Part shown: positions 19,097 through 27,736 of the stretch, in pieces
How positions within the stretch are numbered: the first letter of the stretch is position 1
Layout: every line of letters begins with the position of its first letter
Source of the DNA: an uncultured Bacilli bacterium
Lineage (GTDB): Bacteria; Bacillota_I; Bacilli_A; RF39; UBA660
NCBI GenBank assembly: GCA_910588025.1
Contig: CAJUQG010000003.1
Coordinates: 8,114 to 72,113 of the forward strand
DNA length: 64,000 nucleotides
Direction: 5' to 3'
Program-made: the position numbers and the translations under genes
Notes under the pieces: generated by a model
The model's database searches: none
What the model saw: the letters and a program-made list of their open reading frames with translations, nothing else
What the model was told of the DNA's origin: nothing

Positions 19097-19990
19097 TTAT
19101 TTCTCTTTTTTAGAATTTAGTGTTTCTTTTAAGACAGTACCAAAAGAAGCAATTCCTGATAATTCTGATGGAAGAATAATTTTCGTTGATTGCCCATCAG
19201 CAATTTTAGAAAGTGTTTCGTAACTTTTTAAACGTAGAACAGATTCATCAGCTTGCGCTTCTTTTAATAGTTTCATACCATCAGCTTCTGCTTGTTTTAA
19301 TTTAAGTAAGGCTTCCGCTTCACCTTCGGCACGTTTAATTTTGGCTTCTTTATCAGCTTCAGCTCTTAAAATGGCACTTTCTTTTTCTCCTTCCGCAATT
19401 AGTATACTTGATTTCTTTTCTCCTTCGGCTTGAAGAATTTTTTCACGTCTTTCACGTTCAGCACGCATTTGTTTTTCCATTGCTTCTTGAATATCTTTGG
19501 GAGGTAAAATATTTTTTACTTCGACGCGGTTTACTTTAATTCCCCAAGGATCGGTTGCTTCATCTAAAATAGCACGCATTTTAGAATTAATAATATCTCT
19601 TGAAGTTAATGTTTGGTCAAGTTCTAATTCACCAATTAAGTTACGTAGTGTAGTCGCTGTTAAATTTTCAATAGCACTAATTGGATAATCTACTCCATAA
19701 GTGTATAATTTGGCATCCGTAATTTGAAAATAAACAACGGTATCAATTTGCATAGTAACATTATCTTTGGTAATAACTGGTTGTGGTGCAAAATCTTTTA
19801 CTGTTTCTTTTAGAGAAACAACACTTGCAACACGATCAATAAATGGCATTTTAAAATGAAGACCATTTGACCATGTTACATAATAAGAACCTAAACGTTC
19901 AATTACATAAGTTTTTGATTGGGGAACTACTTTTATACAAGGAATTAAAATAATCCCTACAATAATTAAAAGGGCTATAAAAATAGGCAT
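19097..19990 (-). CDS. SPFH/band-7 (stomatin-like) membrane protein
   Basis: N-terminal TM, PHB/SPFH core, C-terminal EA-rich coiled coil; paired with NfeD upstream. Confidence 0.85.
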   Translation of the reverse strand: MPIFIALLIIVGIILIPCIKVVPQSKTYVIERLGSYYVTWSNGLHFKMPFIDRVASVVSLKETVKDFAPQPVITKDNVTMQIDTVVYFQITDAKLYTYGVDYPISAIENLTATTLRNLIGELELDQTLTSRDIINSKMRAILDEATDPWGIKVNRVEVKNILPPKDIQEAMEKQMRAERERREKILQAEGEKKSSILIAEGEKESAILRAEADKEAKIKRAEGEAEALLKLKQAEADGMKLLKEAQADESVLRLKSYETLSKIADGQSTKIILPSELSGIASFGTVLKETLNSKKEK

Positions 19991-19993
19991 AAA

Positions 19994-20431
19994 TTACTCA
20001 CTCTCTCTTTTTTCTATTTTTTTCACTTTACATTTTACTCCGTCGATGCTCTCAACGATTACATTCTCACCGGCTGAGATTTTATCGGTGCTAATTGCAC
20101 TCCATCTTTTGCCATCGACTTTAATTTCTCCAATGGCATTTTTGGTAATTTCTTCAGTTACTAGTCCTGTCATCCCAATGATTCGATCGAAATTGGTTTT
20201 GATATCTTTTGGCTTTAACCATTTTTGTAGTATTGGTTTGGTGGTAATCATTAAGAAGACACCTAGTAAGACAAATACTGCAAATTGAATCAAAAAAGAT
20301 AGTTCAAAAAAGGACAATATTAATGAAACTAAAGCACTTGCAATGAACCAGATGGACACTAAATTTACGGTAGCAACTTCTAGAAAAGACAGAGCTATAA
20401 TGACAATTAGCCATATAATCCACAAATCCAT
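19994..20431 (-). CDS. NfeD-family membrane protein
   Basis: 145 aa, N-terminal TM helices plus C-terminal OB-fold-like soluble domain; canonical NfeD-stomatin operon arrangement. Confidence 0.75.
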   Translation of the reverse strand: MDLWIIWLIVIIALSFLEVATVNLVSIWFIASALVSLILSFFELSFLIQFAVFVLLGVFLMITTKPILQKWLKPKDIKTNFDRIIGMTGLVTEEITKNAIGEIKVDGKRWSAISTDKISAGENVIVESIDGVKCKVKKIEKRESE

Positions 20432-20474
20432 AGACTCCTCCTTCTACTTTAATTCTATTATAGGTAGAAGCATT

Positions 20475-20989
20475 TTACAATTCATTTTTTACTTTTTCTC
20501 TTCTTTTTTGATTAGACAAATTCTTTAAATTCTCAGAAAAATCAGATAAGGAAGAGCTTTCGACATAAAGCGAATCTCCTACCTCTTTTCCTTTACTTTG
20601 TATAGAGACTTTATTCTCACCCATTAAATAGATTGTTTTGTTAATATCAAATTCGGGATATATTGATTCTAAATGAATTCCGTCTATTTTATGGTAAGGA
20701 TCGTATAAACTTGATCCTAAAATTAGGGCACGACATATATGTTTTTGAGGTGGTAATCCTAAGGCAATTTGATTAAAAATTCGTAATCCTTTTTGCCAAG
20801 TCTCGCGGGTTTCTAACTCACTATATAAACAATATAAAAGTGGTAAATCAGTTTGTTCTTGTAACGCTTGTAATAATGCTAAAAAACTACTTTTTTCTTC
20901 TTTAATTACGAGGATATTCAGTGAGTGATGAAGATGGAAGTAAATCCATATTTAAGACAATTAAATTTGCTTTCTTTTTATAATCCATG
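20475..20989 (-). pseudogene. hypothetical gene apparently disrupted by a frameshift
   Basis: Good RBS and ATG at 20989 open a 28-codon frame (MDYKKKANLIVLNMDLLPSSSLTEYPRN*). A 150-codon frame with no start codon continues in the +1 frame to a stop at 20475, with an A-run at the junction. Confidence 0.35.
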
Positions 20990-21115
20990 TTTTTTCTCCT
21001 TTTTTAATGCCCGTTTATTATAATCTATTTTCCATTTTTTGTCTAATATTTTTTTGGTAAATTTTAGCAATGCTTTTAAAATAAAAAAGAAGGATTTTGT
21101 AAAATCTTTCCTTTT

Positions 21116-24100
21116 CTAATTTTTGGATACTTTTAAGTAAGTAGGTTCTCCATTTAAATCAAATTCCTCTTTTAGTGATGGTTCTTTTTGTAATTCTGTC
21201 GCTAAGGTTTCTTCTTTAATGTAATCACTAAAATGCTCAATGGCATTTTCAACCGCTTTGGTTCCATGATAATGAATTGTAATACGATCTGTTATTTCTA
21301 AGCCTTCAGTTTTTCTTAAATTTTGAACTTTCGAAACAAGTTCTCTTGCTAATCCTTCTAAAATTAATTCTTCGGTACGTTCTGTATTTAGAATCACAAA
21401 GTCATTGTTTTCCATCGCAACATCAAAGCCTTCTTTGGCAGTAATACGGATATCGACCATATCTGGCGTAATAAGATGTTTTTCTTGATTTATTAATAAC
21501 TCAATTTCTTGTTTATTTTGTAAAGCATTTTTTTCTTCTTCGCTCAAATTTGCTAGTGCTTTTTGAAATTCACCCATTTTAGAACCAAAGATTTTACCAA
21601 CATTTTTGAAGTTTGGTTTCACGGTAAATTCCATATACTTTGCAAGATTTTCAATAAAATTTACTTGTTTTACATTTAATTCTTCTTCAATTAAAGGAAT
21701 TAAGTTTTTAATTTTTGATTCAATACGTTTATCAAGTAATGCTTCACTAAGTGGCTCCCGAACCTTTATTTTAACTTCTTCACGTATATTTCTGCCAATG
21801 CTAATTATATTTCTTACTAAATCCATTTTTTCTTCTATTTCATCAACAATTAAGTCTTTTTCTACTTGCGGATAATTTGCTAAGTGAACACTTTCTTCGT
21901 TGGTTAAATTACGATAAATTTCTTCACTAATAAAAGGGGTAATTGGCGCAATTAATTTAGATAATCCTACTAATACTTCATAAGTAGTTATATAAACTGC
22001 TTTTTTGGAATCATTTAATTCAGAAGCCCAAAAACGTGCTCGGTTTCTTCTAATATACCAGTTAGACAAATCTTCGGATACAAAATTGGTAATTGCACGA
22101 ACGACTTTGTTTAAATCAAATTCTTCAAAAGATGTTGTAACATATTCTACCAAACGATTATATTTGGATAATAACCATAAATCAATTTCTTCCCGATTCT
22201 CATAAGGTATTTGACACTCTTCTATTTGCATTTCATCCGTATTAGCATACATAGCAAAGAAATTATAAGTATTTTTTAGTGGGTTCATAAATTTTGAATA
22301 AACTTCTTTTAAGCCTTTGATATCAAAACGAAGTGGCGTCCAAACAGGCGAAACATAAGGAAGATAAAAACGAGTGACATCTGCGCCAAATTCTTTCATC
22401 GTTGAAAATGGTTCGACGATATTTCCTTTGCTTTTACTCATTTTCTTACCTTCAGCATCTTGGACAAGTTCATTTACTAATACATTTTTATAAGGAGCGC
22501 AGCCACGAACAAAGGTAGAAATTACTAAAAGTGTATAGAACCACCCTCTTGTCTGATCGATACCTTCACAAATGAAGTCAGCAGGAAATTGGGTTTCAAA
22601 TAATTCTTGATTTTCAAATGGATAATGGTATTGGGCAAATGGCATAGATCCAGAATCAAACCAACAATCAATTACGTCTTTTACACGAGTCATTTCTCCA
22701 CTACACTCTGGACATTTTAGTTTTATATCATCTACATATGGACGATGAAGTTCGACCGTTTTTTCATCAATTTCTGTCACAGCTAAATCTTTTAATTCTC
22801 TTCGACTTCCAATCATGATTTCATGACCATTTTTACATTTCCATAATGGAAGTGGTGTTCCCCAATAACGATTTCTAGAAATCGCCCAGTCTTTTAATTC
22901 TTCTAACCAGTTACCAAAACGTTTTTCTCCAACATACTTTGGAAACCAATTGACGGTTTTATTTGCTTCTATTATTTTATCTTTGAATTTGGTTGTTTCA
23001 ATGTAATAACTTGGTTTAGAATAATAAATTAAAGGAGTAGAACATCTCCAACAATGCGGATAATTATGGACTACTTTTTGTTTTTTAAATAGTTTATCAT
23101 TGGCTTTTAAGTATTTAATGATTTCCAAATCTGCATCAAAGACAAATTGTCCTTTAAAGGTTCCTTCTAAATATTTTCCATCTTCTCCAACGGGATTTAA
23201 ATAAGGAAGATTGTACTTTTTGCCGACTTTGGCATCATCTTCACCAAAGGCTGGAGCAATGTGAACAATCCCTGTTCCAGAATCCATGGTTACATATTCA
23301 TCACAAGTAACAAAGAAAGCTTTTTTGTCGACTTTTAAGTCCGGAATTAATTGTTCATATTCTGTATATTCCAGATCAATTCCTTGCATTTTCTTTAAGA
23401 CTTTATATTCATCACCTAAAATTACATTTGCTAATTTTTCTGCTAAGATAAATTTATGTCCCATCGATTCTACTTCTATGTAAGCTTCTTTTGGGTTTAC
23501 ACATAATGCAACATTGGAAATTAAAGTCCATGGAGTGGTTGTCCAAACAAGAAAATAGGTATCACTATCTTTTTTCTTCATAGGAACAATCACGGTATCG
23601 ACACTTACTTCTTTATAGCCTTGAGCAACTTCATGAGATGCAAGACCAGTACCACAACGAGGACAGTAAGGAAGAATCTTACTTCCTAAATAAAAATAAC
23701 CTTCTTCATAGAATTTTTTTAAAATCCACCACTCGGTTTCAATATAATTATTGTCATAGGTAATGTATGGATTTTTTAGGTCAATGAATTGGCCCATTTT
23801 ACTAGTTAAATCAGTGAAAGTTTTTTCATTTTCCCAAACACTTTCGCGACATTTTTGATTAAATGCTTCAATCCCAAATTCTTCGATGTCATTCTTACTG
23901 TTGAATCCTAATTTTTTTTCCACTTGCAATTCTACAGGTAATCCATGAGTATCCCAGCCGATTTTACGGATTACTTTATTTCCTTGCATGGTTTGGTATT
24001 TACAGAAAGTATCTTTTAGAAATTTGGCTAGCATGTGATGGAGACCAGGATGACCATTTGCGGTAGCTGGGCCATCATAAAATACCCAATATGGAGCATT

Positions 24101-24214
24101 ATTTCGCTTTTCGATTGTTTTATCTAAAATTTCATTGACACTTCCCCATGATAATAAAACGGCATTCTCCATTTCTGCCACTGGTTTATTTTCTAATAAT
24201 TTGTATTGTTTCAT
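21116..24214 (-). CDS. ileS: isoleucyl-tRNA synthetase
   Basis: Class I HIGH-type region (PYWVFYDGPATANGHPGLHH), KMSKS, editing domain, C-terminal zinc-binding Cys motifs. Real start is the ATG at 24214 with AAGGTGAG RBS; the ORF-track extension to 24274 runs into the T-box leader. Confidence 0.92.
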   Translation of the reverse strand: MKQYKLLENKPVAEMENAVLLSWGSVNEILDKTIEKRNNAPYWVFYDGPATANGHPGLHHMLAKFLKDTFCKYQTMQGNKVIRKIGWDTHGLPVELQVEKKLGFNSKNDIEEFGIEAFNQKCRESVWENEKTFTDLTSKMGQFIDLKNPYITYDNNYIETEWWILKKFYEEGYFYLGSKILPYCPRCGTGLASHEVAQGYKEVSVDTVIVPMKKKDSDTYFLVWTTTPWTLISNVALCVNPKEAYIEVESMGHKFILAEKLANVILGDEYKVLKKMQGIDLEYTEYEQLIPDLKVDKKAFFVTCDEYVTMDSGTGIVHIAPAFGEDDAKVGKKYNLPYLNPVGEDGKYLEGTFKGQFVFDADLEIIKYLKANDKLFKKQKVVHNYPHCWRCSTPLIYYSKPSYYIETTKFKDKIIEANKTVNWFPKYVGEKRFGNWLEELKDWAISRNRYWGTPLPLWKCKNGHEIMIGSRRELKDLAVTEIDEKTVELHRPYVDDIKLKCPECSGEMTRVKDVIDCWFDSGSMPFAQYHYPFENQELFETQFPADFICEGIDQTRGWFYTLLVISTFVRGCAPYKNVLVNELVQDAEGKKMSKSKGNIVEPFSTMKEFGADVTRFYLPYVSPVWTPLRFDIKGLKEVYSKFMNPLKNTYNFFAMYANTDEMQIEECQIPYENREEIDLWLLSKYNRLVEYVTTSFEEFDLNKVVRAITNFVSEDLSNWYIRRNRARFWASELNDSKKAVYITTYEVLVGLSKLIAPITPFISEEIYRNLTNEESVHLANYPQVEKDLIVDEIEEKMDLVRNIISIGRNIREEVKIKVREPLSEALLDKRIESKIKNLIPLIEEELNVKQVNFIENLAKYMEFTVKPNFKNVGKIFGSKMGEFQKALANLSEEEKNALQNKQEIELLINQEKHLITPDMVDIRITAKEGFDVAMENNDFVILNTERTEELILEGLARELVSKVQNLRKTEGLEITDRITIHYHGTKAVENAIEHFSDYIKEETLATELQKEPSLKEEFDLNGEPTYLKVSKN

Positions 24215-24441
24215 AATCTCACCTTTCCACAAAAAAAGGTGATACGCGAAAGGACGAAATCTCCGTGGTACCACCTTACTTGTTACTCTTTTTGATAACG
24301 CAGTAGCCCTGCGATGAAAACCTACTATTTTTTAGTTTTCTAGCTCCCAAGTGATCTTTATAAATATAGCTTATCTATTTTCACCCATCATAGACTCTCT
24401 AAAAAGCATTTATTTATAACAGCTTGTTCTTCGCTTTTTGA
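24215..24441 (-). ncRNA. T-box riboswitch leader (Ile specifier) controlling ileS
   Basis: Minus strand shows Stem-I AGAGAG element, an ATC-A candidate specifier, an AGTAG box and the T-box core AAGGTGGTACCACGG. That core overlaps a terminator hairpin (AAGGTGGTAC...GTATCACCTT) followed by TTTTTTT, just 5' of the ileS RBS. Confidence 0.7.
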
Positions 24442-24448
24442 TAGTTTA

Positions 24449-24477
24449 ATTATATTCGTGCCAAAGGAAAAAGTCAA
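24449..24477 (-). promoter_or_regulatory. sigma-A-type promoter for the ileS T-box leader
   Basis: Minus strand TTGACT, 17 nt spacer, TATAAT, located 11-40 nt after the upstream gene stop. Confidence 0.55.
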
Positions 24478-24491
24478 CTTTTTTAAAACTT

Positions 24492-26687
24492 TTATACTAA
24501 TTTACGAGTTCTTGATTTAGCATTTTTTCTTTCTTCAGAATACATCGCTACTAACATTTTTTCTTGATTTAATAAGTTTTGTCTTAATAATTGATGAGCT
24601 TGTTCTACTGGATTTACTGTGTAACCTACTTCTTCTTTCGTTGGTTCTTGGTTTAAATCATTGATTAATTCAATTTCAAACATTTCATCTTCAGGAATTT
24701 CTTCCTCTATTTCCTCATTTCTAGTAGCGTTTGAAGCAGTCGCATTCGATGGAGTAGCAAGTTTCTTTTTCTTTGGTTTTGGAGCTATTATCGCATTTTC
24801 TTTGGATATGCTACTAGCATTACTTGGAGTAGCGTTACTTGGTGTTGCTACTTCTATTTCTTCTAAACTTGCAATTGGTTCAACATAGCTAGGATCTTTT
24901 AATCCTCCACAATAGCCTTTTCTTGTGCAATAGCCATCAATAAAGTTATGGTCATAATAAATTTTATATGTAGTACAATCTGACTCAGGGCAATTTACGG
25001 TATAAAAAGAACAATATTCGGTTGACTCTTTATCTGGATTTGCTTCTTGAGATTTTGATTCTAAATTATCATAGATATCTTTGTTCATTAATACTTCCAT
25101 AAGTGGCATATTTCTATAACCATGCTTATGAGGATTAGTATTTCTTGAAAAACCACAATCTTCACAAATAAAGCCGTTGACAATATGATTATCTGAATCA
25201 ATTTCATTGTGAACATTATTATGTTTTTCGATTTCTCTAGCTTCTATACATTTACAGTAACGGATATGATTTTCTTCGTCTCTTTCTTCCCAAGGTCCAT
25301 AGATATGGTTTATATGATAACGACGATTTGTCCAATCTCCACACACAGTACAATTTTCATATTCATAAACTTGAGCATTTACTTTAATAATTTTTTCAAT
25401 ACCATCAGAAGTACATGTTTCATTCTTTTGTTTATGATGACCACAAACTGGGCAATCTTCATTTTTAATATGTATATCATTTATGCCAATTTGCTCAATT
25501 GAAACTTCATATGGGCATTCTTCGGTCTTGGTTAAGACTACTTCTTTTTGACATTTATCACAAGGATATGAAGCGCTTAAATTATGAGTGCCATTTTTAT
25601 TTTGAATTGGATTTTTATATTCTAAATCTTCTGGGGCTTCAGAATGTAGATGATTTACTTGTTTTATGTCCCCACATTCACATGATCCTGTATCGAATAT
25701 ACCATCCGTTGTCCAACTATATTTATGGTCATGTTCAGTTGGAAGTTCTTCAATAGGTGGTTCTGGTTCAGATGGTTCGGTTGGAAGTTCTTCAATAGGT
25801 GGTTCTGTTTCAGATGGTTCAGTTGGAAGTTCTTCTACAGGTGGTTCTGTTTCAGATGGTTCGGTTGGAAGTTCTTCTACAGGTGGTTCTGTTTCAGATG
25901 GTTCGGTTGGAAGCTCTTCCACAGGTGGTTCTGTTTCAGATGGTTCAGTTGGAAGCTCTTCTACAGGTGGTTTTGGTTTATTATTGTTGTTATTACTTGA
26001 TCCACCATGATGACCTGGTTTAAATGTAGAAGATGTTTGTTGTTCTACTTTCTTTTCCTCTTGTTGTACAGTTTCTTCTAAATTCAATTCTGGAACAATT
26101 ATTTCTTGTGCTAATTCACTATTAGGTTCTTCAGAAACGATTGCTGTTATCTCTTTTGTAACTTCTGTTTGCACCCCATTAGAAACTGTTTGATTTTCTA
26201 TAACTACATTGCCATTTAAATATTGTAAAAGTAAAATATTTTGCCAAGCTAAACCTTTATAATGTGGAATTCCAAAACGTTCTGCTAACTCAGCACGAGA
26301 TCCAAAAGAAGAATCATAACCATTTTGTGATAACGCATCGACAATTGATACCCCATAATAATTGGAAAGATCTATGTCAACAGTTTCAACAGTATTATTT
26401 TCTTGTATTAATTTTTGGATTATTTCTAAGGTTTCTTTTTTTTGTAAACCGCCATCCATGATTAAAGGATGAATCTGTGATAATACTTCTTCCAAATTAT
26501 CATTTTCTATTAATTGTTCTAAGTTGGGAATTAATCTATCATCTTTGTTTGTACTCAATTTATTTGGAACAGTACAACTTGACATTGAAGTAGTTAAAAC
26601 TAACGTAGCAATTAACTTTTGTAAATTATTTTTTGTTTTTAATCTTTTAAAAAAATCATTTTGCATAAATTTTTTTATCAACACCAA
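24492..26687 (-). CDS. secreted/lipoprotein-like Cys/His-rich protein with proline-rich tandem repeat and putative peptidoglycan-binding (CW_7-like) module
   Basis: N-terminal signal with Cys (LVLTTSMSSC); segment SIVDALSQNGYDSSFGSRAELAERFGI...QNILLLQYLNG resembles Cpl-7-type cell-wall-binding repeats. Six 15-aa PPVEELPTEPSETEP repeats; ~330-aa region with many CxxC/His pairs; C-terminal ATPSNA repeats. Start ambiguous (TTG 26687 or ATG 26666). Confidence 0.7.
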   Translation of the reverse strand: MVLIKKFMQNDFFKRLKTKNNLQKLIATLVLTTSMSSCTVPNKLSTNKDDRLIPNLEQLIENDNLEEVLSQIHPLIMDGGLQKKETLEIIQKLIQENNTVETVDIDLSNYYGVSIVDALSQNGYDSSFGSRAELAERFGIPHYKGLAWQNILLLQYLNGNVVIENQTVSNGVQTEVTKEITAIVSEEPNSELAQEIIVPELNLEETVQQEEKKVEQQTSSTFKPGHHGGSSNNNNNKPKPPVEELPTEPSETEPPVEELPTEPSETEPPVEELPTEPSETEPPVEELPTEPSETEPPIEELPTEPSEPEPPIEELPTEHDHKYSWTTDGIFDTGSCECGDIKQVNHLHSEAPEDLEYKNPIQNKNGTHNLSASYPCDKCQKEVVLTKTEECPYEVSIEQIGINDIHIKNEDCPVCGHHKQKNETCTSDGIEKIIKVNAQVYEYENCTVCGDWTNRRYHINHIYGPWEERDEENHIRYCKCIEAREIEKHNNVHNEIDSDNHIVNGFICEDCGFSRNTNPHKHGYRNMPLMEVLMNKDIYDNLESKSQEANPDKESTEYCSFYTVNCPESDCTTYKIYYDHNFIDGYCTRKGYCGGLKDPSYVEPIASLEEIEVATPSNATPSNASSISKENAIIAPKPKKKKLATPSNATASNATRNEEIEEEIPEDEMFEIELINDLNQEPTKEEVGYTVNPVEQAHQLLRQNLLNQEKMLVAMYSEERKNAKSRTRKLV
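25735..25980. repeat. 45-bp tandem repeat (5-6 copies) encoding PPVEELPTEPSETEP
   Basis: Directly visible period-45 repetition with few substitutions inside the CDS. Confidence 0.85.
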
Positions 26688-26830
26688 TGTTGATTACAAC
26701 CTTTCTAAATTTTTTGTCCTTAAAAATAGTACTATAAACTTAAAAGTAAATCAATATCTTTTTTTACCTATTAATTGGCATTGAATTTTTGCTTTTTTTA
26801 ATGTTATGATACATAGAAAAGGAGATTCTT

Positions 26831-27697
26831 ATGGAAAAAAAGGAAATCAATTTATCTATCGACGAAATATTACATTGTCCTATTATAGGTGAAGGATCAG
26901 AAGGAATTGTTTATCGATATGTTGATAATATTTTAATAAAAATTTATCGCAAACAAATATATTGGATGAAAGACTCTTTACAACTTTTAGACTTACCCGA
27001 TAAAATTTATGATAAATCTTCTTTACAAGTCAAAAATTATCAGGATCAATTTACTTTTCATAAACGTGATGAATTAGATTATATTAAATTATATGAAAGA
27101 GATACACTTGCAGAAATTGGAAAAAAAAGAAATGATGTAAAAAGAACACAGTTGCCAATTGGTCCTGTTTTTATTAGTCACCGTTTTAGTGGATGTTTTT
27201 TTCAAGCTGTCTCTGGCATTCCTATTCATCATCTTATGTTTTTACCATTATTTTATAAACGGAAGATCGGAAGATCGCTGATTGAAGATATACAAGAATT
27301 GGTAAAGAATTTTGTATATCCTATTGATTTAAACAATAGCCCTTTTTCAGAAACTACTATTTTAAATGAATTCGGACATTATAATATAGTTCGAGGCCAC
27401 TCTCATGTTTACATTAAACTTGGAAAACAAAAAACAAATTTAATTGATTTAGATGGAAAATCTACCATTTATACAGATTATTTTGATGAAACGTTATATC
27501 AATATACTTTGCATAGCTTGTGTATTTTACTGTTAGAATTTTTATATGGATTAGTTTATATGAATGAGTATTATGAAGATATCGATGTTTTTGCTTATGA
27601 AATTCAAAAATTAGGTCTTTCTGAAGTTTTTGCATCTCATGTTGCCCATGGGCAAATTCAAGATTTCAATGAAATTACACGAAGTTTGAAACTTTAA
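26831..27697 (+). CDS. orphan protein-kinase-like fold protein (atypical, possibly inactive)
   Basis: Strong AAGGAG RBS; Gly-rich loop IGEGSEGIVY, Lys in ILIKIYRK (VAIK-like), DLDG (DFG-like). The HRD catalytic-loop position reads GHSHVY with no Asp. No signal peptide. Confidence 0.55.
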   Translation: MEKKEINLSIDEILHCPIIGEGSEGIVYRYVDNILIKIYRKQIYWMKDSLQLLDLPDKIYDKSSLQVKNYQDQFTFHKRDELDYIKLYERDTLAEIGKKRNDVKRTQLPIGPVFISHRFSGCFFQAVSGIPIHHLMFLPLFYKRKIGRSLIEDIQELVKNFVYPIDLNNSPFSETTILNEFGHYNIVRGHSHVYIKLGKQKTNLIDLDGKSTIYTDYFDETLYQYTLHSLCILLLEFLYGLVYMNEYYEDIDVFAYEIQKLGLSEVFASHVAHGQIQDFNEITRSLKL

Positions 27698-27736
27698 AAA
27701 AAGTCTCTATTTGATCATAGGGACTTTTTCAAGCAT

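Noticed and set aside
20343-20528. 61-aa plus-strand ORF across the nfeD start region
   Set aside because: It is antisense to the nfeD 5' end and an intergenic spacer, with no RBS and low complexity.
21000-21115. Terminator downstream of ileS
   Set aside because: Only an imperfect hairpin (two mismatches in a 13-bp stem) followed by a T-run was found; too weak to call, and the downstream frameshifted gene and nfeD may be co-transcribed.
21116-24274. ORF-track N-terminal extension of ileS (MVPRRFRPFAYHLFLWKGEI...)
   Set aside because: The extension begins at a non-ATG codon inside the T-box terminator and antiterminator; the conserved ATG at 24214 has a proper RBS.
25735-25980. Possible CRISPR array suggested by regular short direct repeats
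   Set aside because: The units are contiguous (no spacers), in-frame coding sequence (Pro/Glu-rich), and there are no cas genes in the window.
25666-26023. Plus-strand ORFs encoding GSVSDGSVGSSSTGG and WFCFRWF repeats
   Set aside because: These are the reverse-complement or shifted frames of the 45-bp PPVEELPTEPSETEP repeat in the minus-strand gene and are not independent genes.
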